This document shows positions 19,050 to 30,897 of a stretch of DNA of 64,000 bases, piece after piece; within the stretch, counting starts at the first letter, position 1; each line of letters starts with the position of its first letter. The DNA comes from Prevotella sp. (GTDB lineage: Bacteria > Bacteroidota > Bacteroidia > Bacteroidales > Bacteroidaceae). The stretch is from positions 7,186 through 71,185 of the forward strand of contig JAFSNG010000042.1 in the NCBI GenBank assembly GCA_017447515.1, in the 5' to 3' direction. A model generated the notes under the pieces. It searched no databases, was not told the origin of the DNA, and worked only from the letters and a program-made list of their open reading frames with translations. The translations under genes were made by a program, and so were the position numbers.

Positions 19050-21491
19050 TCACATCGTTACCTCCACGACATGCTTGCCGGCGGAGTAAGGGATGACGGT
19101 GCCCTCGATGGGAGTCCCGTCGAGCACGATGCTCTTCACGCCCTTCTGTGCGCCATTCGGGTGGATGGTAATTTCGTAATCAGCATCGCGGAACTTGCGC
19201 TGAACGGTATAGTCCGTAGCGGTCTCAGGCAGACAGGGGTCGATGCGGATGCCGTCGTAGTCGGGCTTGATGCCGAGGATGAACTCCGATACCGTGTACC
19301 ACATCCAGGCAGCAGTACCCGTCAGCCACGAGTTCTTACCCTCACCGGGCTTGAAGGCATCCTTACCGGCTACCATCTGGCAGTTGACGTAAGGCTCCAC
19401 CTTGTGCAGCGTCTGGTATTTCTCCTCGACGTACGAGGGCAGAATCTTGGCGTAGTGGTTCCAGGCGTCGTTTCCGCGACCTGCCAGACACTCACCGATG
19501 ATGACCCAGGGATTGTTGTGGCAGAAGATACCGGCGTTCTCCTTGTAGCCCTCGGGATATGACGAAATCTCACCATATTCATAGATGTACTTTGAGAAGG
19601 CGGGATTGTTCAATACCATGCCGTGCTCGCATTCCAGATACTTCTTACATGAGTCGAGCGACTTGGCCACCAAGCCGTCCTCAGCACCGATTTCGGCCAT
19701 CGTACACCAACCCTGCGACTCGATGAAGATCTTCGCCTCGTCGCACTCGTTAGAACCAATCTTGCGACCATAGAAGTCGTAGGCGCGCAGATACCACTCG
19801 CCATCCCAGCCGTGCTTCTTCACAGCGTCAATCATAGCATCCACAGCCTGCTGCATACGGGCAGCCTCGTCACTCTTGCCAATCTTCTTGCAAAGAGCCA
19901 CATAGTCCTTGCCCGTGACGACGAACAGTCCGGCAATCATCAGCGATTCGGCCTTGGTGCCCTCGCTGACGTTCTCCGTGGTCTGGAAACTCTCATTGGG
20001 ATCCCACGAGAAGCAGTTCAGGTTCAGACAGTCGTTCCAGTCGGCACGTCCAATGAGCGGCAGCATATGCGGACCAAGGTTCTTGATGACGTGGTCCATC
20101 GAAATCTTCAGGTGTTCGAACAGGGTGACCTCCGAGCCGGGCTGATTGTCAAACGGTACCATCTCGTCGAGGATCGAGAAGTCGCCTGTCTCCTTTATAT
20201 AAGCCACAGTACCGAAGATGAGCCAGCAGGGGTCGTCGTTGAATCCGCCGCCGATGTCGTTGTTGCCGCGCTTGGTCAACGGCTGATACTGGTGGTAGCA
20301 ACCACCATCGGGGAACTGCGTGGAAGCAATGTCGATGATGCGCTGACGGGCGCGTGGGGGAATCTGGTGTACAAAGCCCACGAGGTCCTGGTTCGAGTCG
20401 CGGAAACCCATGCCACGGCCTACCCCACTCTCGAAGAACGATGCCGAACGCGAGAAGTTAAACGTCACCATACACTGGTACTGGTTCCAGATGTTCACCA
20501 TGCGGTCGAGCTTGTCGTTGCCCGTGCGTACCTTATATATATTAAGCAGCGCATCCCAGTACTCGCACAGCTCGGCAAAGGCCTTGTCCACCTTGGCGGT
20601 AGTATCGAGCTCGGCAATGAGGGCGTGGGCCTTCTTCTTGTTAATCACCTGAGGAGCCTCAAACTTCTCGTCCTGTTCATTTTCGATATATCCCAGCAGG
20701 AACACAAAGTCCTTCGACTCGCCTGGCTGCAGCGTTACCTCGATATAGTGCGAGGCTATCGGGCTCCAACCGTGAGCGTGGCTGTTGCGGGGCTTGCCCT
20801 CCATCACAGCCTGTGGGTCGGCAAACTCGTTGTACAGTCCTACGAACGTCTCGCGGTCAGTGTCGTAGCCCTGAATCTCGGCATTCACATGGTAGAACGC
20901 ATAGTGATTGCGGCGCTCGCGGTACTCCGTCTTGTGATAGATGGTGCTTCCCTCGATCTCCACCTCGCCCGTCGAGAAATTACGCTGGAAGTTCTCCATG
21001 TCAGTGGCGGCATTCCACAGACACCACTCCTCGAAGGAAAAGAGCTTCAGCTTCTTGACGGCCGACGACTCGTTCTTCAGCGTCAGTTTCTGCACCTCAG
21101 CCCACTTCTTCAGGGGTACGAAGAACAGCACACTGGCCTCCACACCATTCTTACGGCCTGTGATGCGCGTATAGCTCATGCCGTGACGGCACTCATAGAA
21201 GTCAAGCGGTGTCTTGCAGGGCTTCCATCCTGGATTCCAAACGGTGTCGCCATCCTTGATGTAGAAATAGCGTCCGCCATTGTCCATCGGCACATTGTTG
21301 TAACGATAGCGCGTGATGCGACGGAATTTGGCATCCTTGTAAAAACTGTAGCCACCTGCGGTGTTACTGATTAATGAGAAAAAATCCTCGTTGCCCAGAT
21401 AGTTAATCCAAGGCCACGGTGTCTGCGGGTCTGTGATGACATACTCGCGATGTTGGTCGTCAAAATGACCGTAACGTTTCTGTTGTTCCAT
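19050..21491 (-). CDS. GH94 cellobiose phosphorylase
   Basis: [61 protein letters not shown]; no signal peptide. Confidence 0.9.
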   Translation of the reverse strand: MEQQKRYGHFDDQHREYVITDPQTPWPWINYLGNEDFFSLISNTAGGYSFYKDAKFRRITRYRYNNVPMDNGGRYFYIKDGDTVWNPGWKPCKTPLDFYECRHGMSYTRITGRKNGVEASVLFFVPLKKWAEVQKLTLKNESSAVKKLKLFSFEEWCLWNAATDMENFQRNFSTGEVEIEGSTIYHKTEYRERRNHYAFYHVNAEIQGYDTDRETFVGLYNEFADPQAVMEGKPRNSHAHGWSPIASHYIEVTLQPGESKDFVFLLGYIENEQDEKFEAPQVINKKKAHALIAELDTTAKVDKAFAELCEYWDALLNIYKVRTGNDKLDRMVNIWNQYQCMVTFNFSRSASFFESGVGRGMGFRDSNQDLVGFVHQIPPRARQRIIDIASTQFPDGGCYHQYQPLTKRGNNDIGGGFNDDPCWLIFGTVAYIKETGDFSILDEMVPFDNQPGSEVTLFEHLKISMDHVIKNLGPHMLPLIGRADWNDCLNLNCFSWDPNESFQTTENVSEGTKAESLMIAGLFVVTGKDYVALCKKIGKSDEAARMQQAVDAMIDAVKKHGWDGEWYLRAYDFYGRKIGSNECDEAKIFIESQGWCTMAEIGAEDGLVAKSLDSCKKYLECEHGMVLNNPAFSKYIYEYGEISSYPEGYKENAGIFCHNNPWVIIGECLAGRGNDAWNHYAKILPSYVEEKYQTLHKVEPYVNCQMVAGKDAFKPGEGKNSWLTGTAAWMWYTVSEFILGIKPDYDGIRIDPCLPETATDYTVQRKFRDADYEITIHPNGAQKGVKSIVLDGTPIEGTVIPYSAGKHVVEVTM

Positions 21492-21524
21492 TGTCAAATG
21501 CTTTATGTCTTAAGTTCGTTTACA

Positions 21525-21720
21525 TGCAAAGCTGCGGTTAAGCGAGGGCCATGATGCTCGCATCAATGGCCGAGTGTGAGCAGTTTCGCGGCGTTTACGC
21601 CGCAATGCTCGTGCAAGCCGATTGCAACGCCACACTCTATACCTTTAGGTTAGAGAACGTAATGGAGCTTGCTTCAATTGCTGAGGCGCAGCCGAGTTTC
21701 GCACGCTTCTGCGTGCAAAG
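21525..21720. repeat. tandem pair of multi-hairpin REP/MITE-like units in the GH94 leader
   Basis: Two units, each AAGC(C)GA-hairpin-GAG...GTTTCGC-hairpin, bounded by a TGCAAAG direct repeat (21525-21531, 21714-21720). Confidence 0.6.
21621..21657 (+). repeat. mini hairpin element, copy A
   Basis: ATTGCAACGCCACACTCT-ATACCTTTAGGTT-AGAGAA. Confidence 0.75.
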
Positions 21721-21831
21721 TTAGTGAAAAACGAGAGAATAACAAAATAAAAAAACATTTTTTTGTTCAATTCAAAAAAATAATTTAACTTTGTAGCCGA
21801 TTTACAACGACTATTAACGATAATAAGTAAC

Positions 21832-24273
21832 ATGAGACCAAAAACAATTCTCCTGACAGCATTGGGCTCCGTGCTCTCGATGGTGTTATCTGCACAAAGC
21901 GTTCGCGAAACCATCTGCCTGGACAAAGGGTGGAAGTTTACATTCGGCCATGCTGCCGACCCGGCAAAGGATTTCGGCTGTGGCACCGAGTATTTCAACT
22001 ACCTCACAAAGGCCAGTTCCATCCACAACGAAGGACCGTACACACCGAAGTTCGACGACGCCGCGTGGCAGGAGGTACAGATTCCCCACGACTGGGTGAC
22101 GACACTGCCCTATGCCCTTGATGCCAGCCATTCGCACGGCTACAAGACCGTTGGCTGGAAATATCCCGCTACCAGTGTGGGCTGGTATCGCAAGGTCGTG
22201 ACGATTCCCAGCAGCGACCTGGGCAAGCGTCTCATGCTGCGTTTCGACGGCATTTTCCGCAATGCCCGCGTGTGGTTCAACGGCTTTTATATGGGTACCG
22301 AGCCCAGCGGCTATGCCACGCAGGTGTACGACATCACGCCCTATGTGAAATATGGTGACGAGAACCTCATCTGCGTGCGTGCCGATGCATCACTCGAGGA
22401 AGGCTGGTTCTACGAGGGTGCCGGCATCTATCGCGACGTATGGCTCGAGAAAATGGCCGAGGTCAGCGTCGCTCCTTTTGGCACGTTCGTCCGCGCAGAT
22501 TTGCAGAAGAAGCCCGGCGCTGCTGTGCTGTCGGTCAGGACCGAGGTGACCAATAGCGGTCTCGAGAAGCAACTTTATGCGGTGGATATCCGGCTGCTCG
22601 ATGCCGAGGGACGCGAAGTGGCGTATGGCAAGGACAACTACCCCAGCAATCTGGGTGCCAAGGACACAAAAGGTCAGGAGTGTGTGTTGATTGTCAAGGA
22701 ACCCCATTTGTGGAGTCCTGACGATCCGTACCTCTATCAGGTGGAACACATCGTGAAGGTGGATGACAAGGTGACCGATGTCTATACGACGACCTTCGGC
22801 ATACGCGACATCCGTTTTGATGCCGAGCAAGGCTTCCTGCTCAATGGCAAGCCGCTGAAACTGAAAGGCGTCAATATGCACCAGGACCATGCCGGCGTGG
22901 GCGCTGCCATTCCCGATGCCCTGCAGGCGTGGCGCATCCGTCAGCTGAAAGCGTTCGGGTGTAACGCCTATCGCGCCTCACACAATCCCATGACCCCTGC
23001 CCTACTCGACATCTGCGACCGCGAGGGCATCCTCGTCATCGACGAAAACCGCCTGATGGGCATCAACGACGAACACCTGCGACTCCTTGAGCGCATGATA
23101 CGCCGCGACCGCAACCACCCCAGCATCATCCTCTGGAGCGACGGCAACGAGGAGTGGGGACTGGAGAACACCATTCAGGGCAAGCGTGTGGCCGAGGCCA
23201 TGCGGGCATATACGAAGCTGTTCGACCCCACCCGCCCCAGCACGGTGGCCAATGCCGGCGGCACGGAACTCATCAAGGGGCTCGACGTAGTGGGCTTCAA
23301 CTATATCGTGCAGAACGACGTCGACAACCGCAAGGCGGCGAACCCCTCATGGAAGATTGTGGGCACCGAGGAAACCAGCGGTTGCGGCACGCGCGGCTGG
23401 TACTTCGACTCGCCCGACTACCCCGGACGCATGGTTTCCATGAATCGCGACACCACCCACCACCACGTTGAAAACGTCATCGAGCGCGGCTGGCAGTTCT
23501 ATGCCGACCGTCCGTGGGCGGCAGGCCTGTTCTACTGGACAGGTTTCGACTATCGCGGCGAACCCAATCCCCTGAAATATCCTGCCCACGACTCCGAGTT
23601 CGGCATCCTCGACTACTGCGGATTCCCCAAGGACGAGGCGTGGTACCTGAAGTCGTGGTGGACCGACGAACCCACGCTCCACATCTTCCCCCACTGGAAC
23701 CTGCAGGGCCACGAGGGCGAGGAAGTGGAACTCTGGGCCTACAGCAATTGCGACGAGGTGGAACTCGTGGTCAACGGCAAGAAGCTCGGTCGCCAGCCGA
23801 TGCCCAAGAACGGACACCTCAAGTGGCGCGCCGTCTATCAGCCCGGCCGTGTGGTCGCCTACGGCTATAAAGGTGGTAAGCGCATCATGACGCAAACCGT
23901 CGAAACCACCCAGCCAGCCAGTCAAACCCTACTGAAAGCCGACCGCACAACACTTACTGCCGATGGTCGCGACGTCGCTGTCGTCACGGTCGAGGTGCAG
24001 GACAAGCGAGGCCGCGTCGTCCCCGACGCCTGCCCCCTGCTCACCTTCACGCTCCAGGGCGAGGGACGCATCCTCAGCGTGGGCAATGGCGACCCCATGT
24101 ATCCCGGTCAGGACCATCCGTCAGCGAAGGATTGCAAATCGTTCACCATCCCCGCCTTCAACGGCCTGGCACAGGTCATCATCCAGAGCACGGACACGCC
24201 GTCCGCCCTCACCCTCACCGCCTCAGGCGATGGTCTGAAAACGGGAACCCTCACCGTGTCAACTGTACGTTGA
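21832..24273 (+). CDS. GH2 beta-galactosidase
   Basis: Signal peptide; GVNMHQDHAGVG, RASHNP, RDRNHPSIILWSDGNEE, WTGFDYRGEP. Confidence 0.9.
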   Translation: MRPKTILLTALGSVLSMVLSAQSVRETICLDKGWKFTFGHAADPAKDFGCGTEYFNYLTKASSIHNEGPYTPKFDDAAWQEVQIPHDWVTTLPYALDASHSHGYKTVGWKYPATSVGWYRKVVTIPSSDLGKRLMLRFDGIFRNARVWFNGFYMGTEPSGYATQVYDITPYVKYGDENLICVRADASLEEGWFYEGAGIYRDVWLEKMAEVSVAPFGTFVRADLQKKPGAAVLSVRTEVTNSGLEKQLYAVDIRLLDAEGREVAYGKDNYPSNLGAKDTKGQECVLIVKEPHLWSPDDPYLYQVEHIVKVDDKVTDVYTTTFGIRDIRFDAEQGFLLNGKPLKLKGVNMHQDHAGVGAAIPDALQAWRIRQLKAFGCNAYRASHNPMTPALLDICDREGILVIDENRLMGINDEHLRLLERMIRRDRNHPSIILWSDGNEEWGLENTIQGKRVAEAMRAYTKLFDPTRPSTVANAGGTELIKGLDVVGFNYIVQNDVDNRKAANPSWKIVGTEETSGCGTRGWYFDSPDYPGRMVSMNRDTTHHHVENVIERGWQFYADRPWAAGLFYWTGFDYRGEPNPLKYPAHDSEFGILDYCGFPKDEAWYLKSWWTDEPTLHIFPHWNLQGHEGEEVELWAYSNCDEVELVVNGKKLGRQPMPKNGHLKWRAVYQPGRVVAYGYKGGKRIMTQTVETTQPASQTLLKADRTTLTADGRDVAVVTVEVQDKRGRVVPDACPLLTFTLQGEGRILSVGNGDPMYPGQDHPSAKDCKSFTIPAFNGLAQVIIQSTDTPSALTLTASGDGLKTGTLTVSTVR

Positions 24274-24426
24274 ACGGGGTTAGTCTTATTTAACCTGTAT
24301 CATCGCAAAGGTAGCGGTGTAGGTGGTGCCGTCCTCGCGATTGCGTAACAAAGGGGACGGAAAAGATTTCCAAGCCATCGCGTTTGCGCTAACTGTTTTG
24401 TGTCTTATCCTTTTGTTGTTGTTGGT

Positions 24427-24455
24427 ATGTTACATTTCGGATAGTTTGTGTTACA
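24427..24455 (+). promoter_or_regulatory. putative HTCS/AraC operator, copy 2
   Basis: ATGTTACATTTCGGATAGTTTGTGTTACA, 31 nt upstream of the TACCTTTG -7 box. Confidence 0.65.
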
Positions 24456-24525
24456 AATAATGTACGCGCATACGGAAAATAATGTGTACCTTTGCATGCA
24501 AATAAATATTATGCGACTACACAAA

Positions 24526-26553
24526 ATGAAAAGACTTGTTATTTGTGCTGCCCTCATCGTGGCAGGAACGCTGGGAATGAGTGCCCAGAAAACGATGAAA
24601 GCCCCCAAGGGCGGTAAACTGATTAGTGACGAACTGATTGGCATCTTCTTCGAGGATATCTCGTCGAGTGCTGACGGTGGTCTGTATGCTGAGCTCGTCG
24701 AGAACGGCTCGTTCGAGTACAGCCCTGCCGAGCGCGACGGATGGGGAGCCGGCACGTCGTGGAAGGTAATTCGCCCGGGTCACTCGCTGGGAGTGATAGA
24801 GGTTCGCAAGGACAAGGGTATCCACCCCAACAACCCCACCTACATGCGACTGACTGCCGAGCGCACCAAGGAATACTACGACTATAAGGGCTGGAAGGGC
24901 TACGGCATCGAGAACGACGGTTTCGACGGCATCTCGGTGAAGGCTGGCAAGAAGTATGACTTCTCTGCCTTCTTCCGCAACTACGGTGCTGCCAAGCAGA
25001 TTCGCGTCGCACTGGTAGAGCCGCAGGGCTGGGGCAAGGACCCGAAGCTGTTGGCTGATGCCACGCTGACGGTGGATGCTGCGAACTGGAAGAAATACGA
25101 GGCTGTGCTGACCCCCGACAGCACTTGTCAGAATGCCACGCTACAGATACTGATGCTGACCAATGGCGACATGGACGTCGACATGGTGTCGCTGATGCCC
25201 GAGGAGACTTTCAAGGGTCACGGTTTGCGCACCGACCTGGCACAGGCTCTGGCCGACCTGCACCCGAAGTTCATGCGCTTCCCTGGCGGTTGTGTGGTTC
25301 ACGGTGGCGGTGACGGCTTCTGGGACACCTACCGCTGGAAGACCACCATCGGTCCGAAGGAGCAGCGCCGCGGCCTGAAGAATACGTGGGGCTACCACCA
25401 GTCGATGGGTCTGGGCTACTTCGAGTATTTCCAGTTCTGCGAGGACCTCGGTATGGAGCCGCTGCCCATCCTGCCATGCGGTGTGAGCTGTCAGGGTACC
25501 AACGGTGGTTGGGGCATGTGGCCGACGCAGGCTCAGGACGTGGTGCCTATGTCAGAGATGGACGAATGGGTGGCTGAAGCTATCGACCTGATAGAGTGGG
25601 CCAATGGCGACCCTGCCACGAACAAGTGGGCGAAGATGCGCGCCGACGCCGGTCACCCCGCGCCCTTCAACCTGAAGTATCTGGGACTGGGCAACGAGGA
25701 GAAGATTTCGCCCGAGTTCTGCGAGCGTTTCCGCTATATATATAATAAGGTGATGGAGAAGCACCCCGAAATCGTCATCGTAGGAACGGCCGGTCCTGGT
25801 TCGCATCCCGGCAACAGCGACCTGGAGGAAGGTTGGAAGCTGGCCGACGAGCTGGGTATGCCCATCATCGACGAACACTACTACGAGCCCAACGCCTACT
25901 TCCTGAGCAGCCGCCAGTACAACTACTATCCCCGCGACCGCAAGACGAAGGTCTATCTGGGCGAGTATGCTGCCAAGGACAAGAAGCTCATCGACGCACT
26001 GGCCGAGGGTCTGTATCTGCTGCACGTCGAGCGTAACGGTGACATCGTGGCTATGACGTCGTATGCACCGCTGTTTGCCAAGAAGACCAATACGAATTGG
26101 AATCCCGACATGATCTACTTCGACAATGAGCGTCCGTACCTGACCTGCAGCTACTATGTGCAGCAGTTGTTCGGACAGTCGAGTGGACAGTACTACTATG
26201 GCGACTGCGTACAGATAGAAGATCCCGATGCTGCTCCCCGCTGGCAGGGTCTGCCCGAGGATCAGGAGAGCGGTTTCTTGCAGGGACAGAGCGTGGTGCT
26301 GAACGTGAAGACAAGGAAGTTGTATGTGAAGCTGGTGAACGCGTCGGACAAGGAGAAGGAGGCCGAGGTTAACCTGAGCCGCTTCCCCATCAAGAAGACC
26401 GCTGTGAAGACCGTGATCACGGGTTCGGCCAACGACGAGAACAACTACGACAAGCAGCCCATCGCTCCGAAGACGGAGACCATCAAGGCTAAGAAGAAGT
26501 TCGACATCGACATTGACCCATACACCATGATTATGCTGGAGTACAGCCTGTGA
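24526..26553 (+). CDS. GH51 alpha-L-arabinofuranosidase
   Basis: FFEDISSSADGGLYAE, RFPGGC, GLGNEE, DEHYY, GEYA, SYAPL. Alternative start at 24511. Confidence 0.92.
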   Translation: MKRLVICAALIVAGTLGMSAQKTMKAPKGGKLISDELIGIFFEDISSSADGGLYAELVENGSFEYSPAERDGWGAGTSWKVIRPGHSLGVIEVRKDKGIHPNNPTYMRLTAERTKEYYDYKGWKGYGIENDGFDGISVKAGKKYDFSAFFRNYGAAKQIRVALVEPQGWGKDPKLLADATLTVDAANWKKYEAVLTPDSTCQNATLQILMLTNGDMDVDMVSLMPEETFKGHGLRTDLAQALADLHPKFMRFPGGCVVHGGGDGFWDTYRWKTTIGPKEQRRGLKNTWGYHQSMGLGYFEYFQFCEDLGMEPLPILPCGVSCQGTNGGWGMWPTQAQDVVPMSEMDEWVAEAIDLIEWANGDPATNKWAKMRADAGHPAPFNLKYLGLGNEEKISPEFCERFRYIYNKVMEKHPEIVIVGTAGPGSHPGNSDLEEGWKLADELGMPIIDEHYYEPNAYFLSSRQYNYYPRDRKTKVYLGEYAAKDKKLIDALAEGLYLLHVERNGDIVAMTSYAPLFAKKTNTNWNPDMIYFDNERPYLTCSYYVQQLFGQSSGQYYYGDCVQIEDPDAAPRWQGLPEDQESGFLQGQSVVLNVKTRKLYVKLVNASDKEKEAEVNLSRFPIKKTAVKTVITGSANDENNYDKQPIAPKTETIKAKKKFDIDIDPYTMIMLEYSL

Positions 26554-26558
26554 ACATT

Positions 26559-28074
<1,516 letters not shown>

Positions 28075-28077
28075 GGA

Positions 28078-28149
28078 TCATGCAAAGTTCTTTGCATGAA
28101 TAAAGCCTGGGCGTGAGCTCAGGCTTTATTATTGACGAAACTTCGGTAA
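28078..28149. terminator. cluster of hairpins/bidirectional terminator
   Basis: TCATGCAAAG-TT-CTTTGCATGA, then AATAAAGCCTGGGC-GTGA-GCTCAGGCTTTATT, between convergent genes. Confidence 0.7.
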
Positions 28150-28157
28150 AGACTCCC

Positions 28158-29732
28158 CTACTTCACCAAGTTTCCAAGGATATCACGCGTGAGTTCCTTC
28201 GTAATGGTACGGGTAGCTGCACTCGTGGCATTCTTTGCTACGCGACCCGTCGTCGACGTCTTCGACTTGGTTTTCTTGCCAGTGACAGCGTCAGAGACAA
28301 CGGTACCCAGCACGGCAGCCAACGTAGAGGTGACGGCGGTGATGACGGCCTTCAGTACCTTCGACATGATGCCGGGCTTCTTCTTTTCTTCCTTAGCAGG
28401 CTTCTCTGCCTCGGCAACCTCCGCATTCTCGGCTTCAGCAAGAGCCTGTTCAGCCTCAGCCATCAACACTTCGAAAGCACTCTCGCGGTCAATGGGCGTA
28501 TCGTATTTGCCATAGATGCGCGACTGTTTGATGATATCCAGACGCTGTCCTTCCGTGATGGCACCAACCTGCGACAACGGGAACAGCACCTTGGCACGCT
28601 CAACGACGCTGGGAGCACCCTTCTCGTCGAGGAAGCTGACAAGCGCCTCACCGGTTTCGAGGTTCATAATGGCCTCGTCGGTCTTGAAGGCAGGATTGGC
28701 ACGGAAGGTGTCAGCAGCTGTCTTCACAGCCTTCTGGTCTTTCGGTGTATAGGCACGCAGGGCATGTTGTACGCGGTTGCCAAGCTGTCCGAGGATGACC
28801 TCAGGAATATCCGTCGGGCTCTGGGTGATAAAATAGATGCCCACGCCCTTCGAACGAATGAGTCGGATGACCTGTTCTATCTTATCGAGCAAGGCCTTCG
28901 ACGTATCGGTAAACAGCATGTGCGCCTCGTCGAAGAAGAATACGAGCTTGGGCTGAGGCAGGTCGCCGACTTCAGGCAGGGTGCTGTAGAGCTCGCTGAG
29001 CAGCCACAGCAGGAACGTAGAATACAGCTTGGGCTGGAGCATCAGTTTGTCGGCTGCCAGCACACTCATCACGCCTTTACCTTGCTCGGTCTGCATGAGG
29101 TCGTAGATGTCGAACGAGGGCTCGCCGAAGAACTTGTCGGCACCTTGTGTTTCGAGTTGCAGCAAGGCACGCTGGATGGCTCCGATGGTCGCAGTGGAGA
29201 TGTTGCCGTACTTCGTGGTATACTCCCTGGCGTGCTGCGACACCCAGTCGAGCATCTGGCGCAGGTCCTTGATGTCGATGAGCAACAGTCCGCGCTCGTC
29301 GGCAATGCGGAACACGATGTTGAGCACGCCGTCCTGCGTTTCGTTGAGCTGCATCAGTCGTGAAAGCAGCTGCGAACCCATCTGCGAGATGGTGGCTCGC
29401 ATGGGATGGCCCTGCTCGCCAAAGACATCGTAAAAACGTACAGGACAGCTCTGGAACTGCGGATTCTCGATGCCGAACTCCGGCAGACGCTTCTCGATAA
29501 AACCACTCATCTTACCGACCTGCGAAATACCGCTGAGGTCGCCCTTCATATCAGCCATAAAACACGGTACACCAGCCTGGCAGAAAGTCTCTGCCATCAC
29601 CTGTAGCGTCACTGTCTTACCGGTACCCGTAGCACCTGCAATGAGTCCGTGACGATTGGCCATCTTTCCTTGAATACTGAGCGCTCCGTTGGCGCAATGG
29701 GCAATGTAAAGCCCCCGTTCGTTGTCTAACAT
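28158..29732 (-). CDS. DUF853/YjgR-type HerA-like P-loop ATPase
   Basis: [15 protein letters not shown] Walker [16 protein letters not shown] Walker [18 protein letters not shown]. Confidence 0.9.
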   Translation of the reverse strand: MLDNERGLYIAHCANGALSIQGKMANRHGLIAGATGTGKTVTLQVMAETFCQAGVPCFMADMKGDLSGISQVGKMSGFIEKRLPEFGIENPQFQSCPVRFYDVFGEQGHPMRATISQMGSQLLSRLMQLNETQDGVLNIVFRIADERGLLLIDIKDLRQMLDWVSQHAREYTTKYGNISTATIGAIQRALLQLETQGADKFFGEPSFDIYDLMQTEQGKGVMSVLAADKLMLQPKLYSTFLLWLLSELYSTLPEVGDLPQPKLVFFFDEAHMLFTDTSKALLDKIEQVIRLIRSKGVGIYFITQSPTDIPEVILGQLGNRVQHALRAYTPKDQKAVKTAADTFRANPAFKTDEAIMNLETGEALVSFLDEKGAPSVVERAKVLFPLSQVGAITEGQRLDIIKQSRIYGKYDTPIDRESAFEVLMAEAEQALAEAENAEVAEAEKPAKEEKKKPGIMSKVLKAVITAVTSTLAAVLGTVVSDAVTGKKTKSKTSTTGRVAKNATSAATRTITKELTRDILGNLVK

Positions 29733-29828
29733 ACTATTCGCGTTTTAGTTATTTTCCTGCAAAATTACGAAAAGTTGAGAGTAAAAACAAATAATTCCTG
29801 ATTTTTTTGTACTTTTGCACGCAAAATA

Positions 29829-30791
29829 ATGAACAGATTCATTCGCTTTATCAAAGATTGGACGTTGCCCGTGGCCATTATGGTGGGTACAGCGTGTTAT
29901 CTGACGTTCTACTGGGTGCCAGCACTCGACGAGCTGGGCGACTGGCTGAGCCCTATGTTCGATGTCCTCTTCCCGCTGTTCGTGTTCCTTACGCTGCTCA
30001 TCACGTTCTGCAAAATCGACTACCACCAGTTGCTCCCCCACCGTTGGCATACTGGCGTGCTGGTAGCCCAGCTGCTGCTCATCGCCGCAACCATCGGCAT
30101 CATCTTCTGGGTAGAGGAAGATGCCGAACAGAAACTGCTGTGGGAGGCCATGCTGACATGTATCATCGGACCTGCTGCTGCAGCATCCCCCGTCGTTGTC
30201 GGCAAGCTGGGAGGGAACATCAGCACGATGACGACGTATGTCATCCTGTCGTCGCTGGCATCAACCATCCTCATTCCGCTGGTATTTCCCATCCTCGAAC
30301 CCTCGGCAGGCGTCGCCTTCCTGGAGGCCTTCCTGGTCATTCTCCACAAGGTGGCCATCGTGCTGATGCTGCCCCTGGTGCTCGGATGGTTCATCAAGCA
30401 CTACCTGCACCGTCTGCAACGCTGGATTGCCAGCATGCCCAATCTCAGCTTCTATACGTGGGCTATCTCGCTGAGCATCACGACAGGCATTACTGTCAAG
30501 AATATCGTTCATAGCAACGCCACCATCATGTTGCTGTGCGGAATAGCCGTCACAACGCTGGTATTGTGTTTCGTGCAGTTCCGCATCGGACGCGCTGTTG
30601 GCCGCTTGTTAGGCGAAGAGGTGAATGCCGGACAAGGGCTGTTTCAGAAGAATACAGCCCTCAGCATCTGGGTGGCATACATGTATCTGAACCCTGTTGC
30701 CTCCGTCGGAGCCGGGTGCTATGTTTTGTGGCAGAATATCATCAACAGCTTCGAAATATGGCAGGACCGCAAGCAAAAAACACGACAATAA
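29829..30791 (+). CDS. bile acid:sodium symporter-like (BASS) membrane transporter
   Basis: About 10 TM helices; PAAAASPVVVGKLGG and GQGLFQKNT motifs. Confidence 0.75.
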   Translation: MNRFIRFIKDWTLPVAIMVGTACYLTFYWVPALDELGDWLSPMFDVLFPLFVFLTLLITFCKIDYHQLLPHRWHTGVLVAQLLLIAATIGIIFWVEEDAEQKLLWEAMLTCIIGPAAAASPVVVGKLGGNISTMTTYVILSSLASTILIPLVFPILEPSAGVAFLEAFLVILHKVAIVLMLPLVLGWFIKHYLHRLQRWIASMPNLSFYTWAISLSITTGITVKNIVHSNATIMLLCGIAVTTLVLCFVQFRIGRAVGRLLGEEVNAGQGLFQKNTALSIWVAYMYLNPVASVGAGCYVLWQNIINSFEIWQDRKQKTRQ

Positions 30792-30798
30792 GAGATAC

Positions 30799-30827
30799 AT
30801 GATACATTATCGAAAGTCCGCGAAACA
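30799..30827 (+). promoter_or_regulatory. putative HTCS/AraC operator, copy 3
   Basis: ATGATACATTATCGAAAGTCCGCGAAACA, 30 nt upstream of the TATCTTTG -7 box. Confidence 0.65.
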
Positions 30828-30897
30828 TGACGTAAGGTTTGTTTCGCGGATTTTCCGTATCTTTGCAGGCACAAAAACTAATTAAAACATTTTGTTG

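Noticed and set aside
21525-21720. CRISPR array or riboswitch
   Set aside because: No identical direct repeats with unique spacers, no cas genes, and no riboswitch consensus I recognise; treated as a repeat element.
28158-29732. HerA-like ATPase as an anti-phage system (e.g. Sir2-HerA)
   Set aside because: Motifs fit the widespread stand-alone DUF853/YjgR family; no adjacent nuclease or sirtuin partner.
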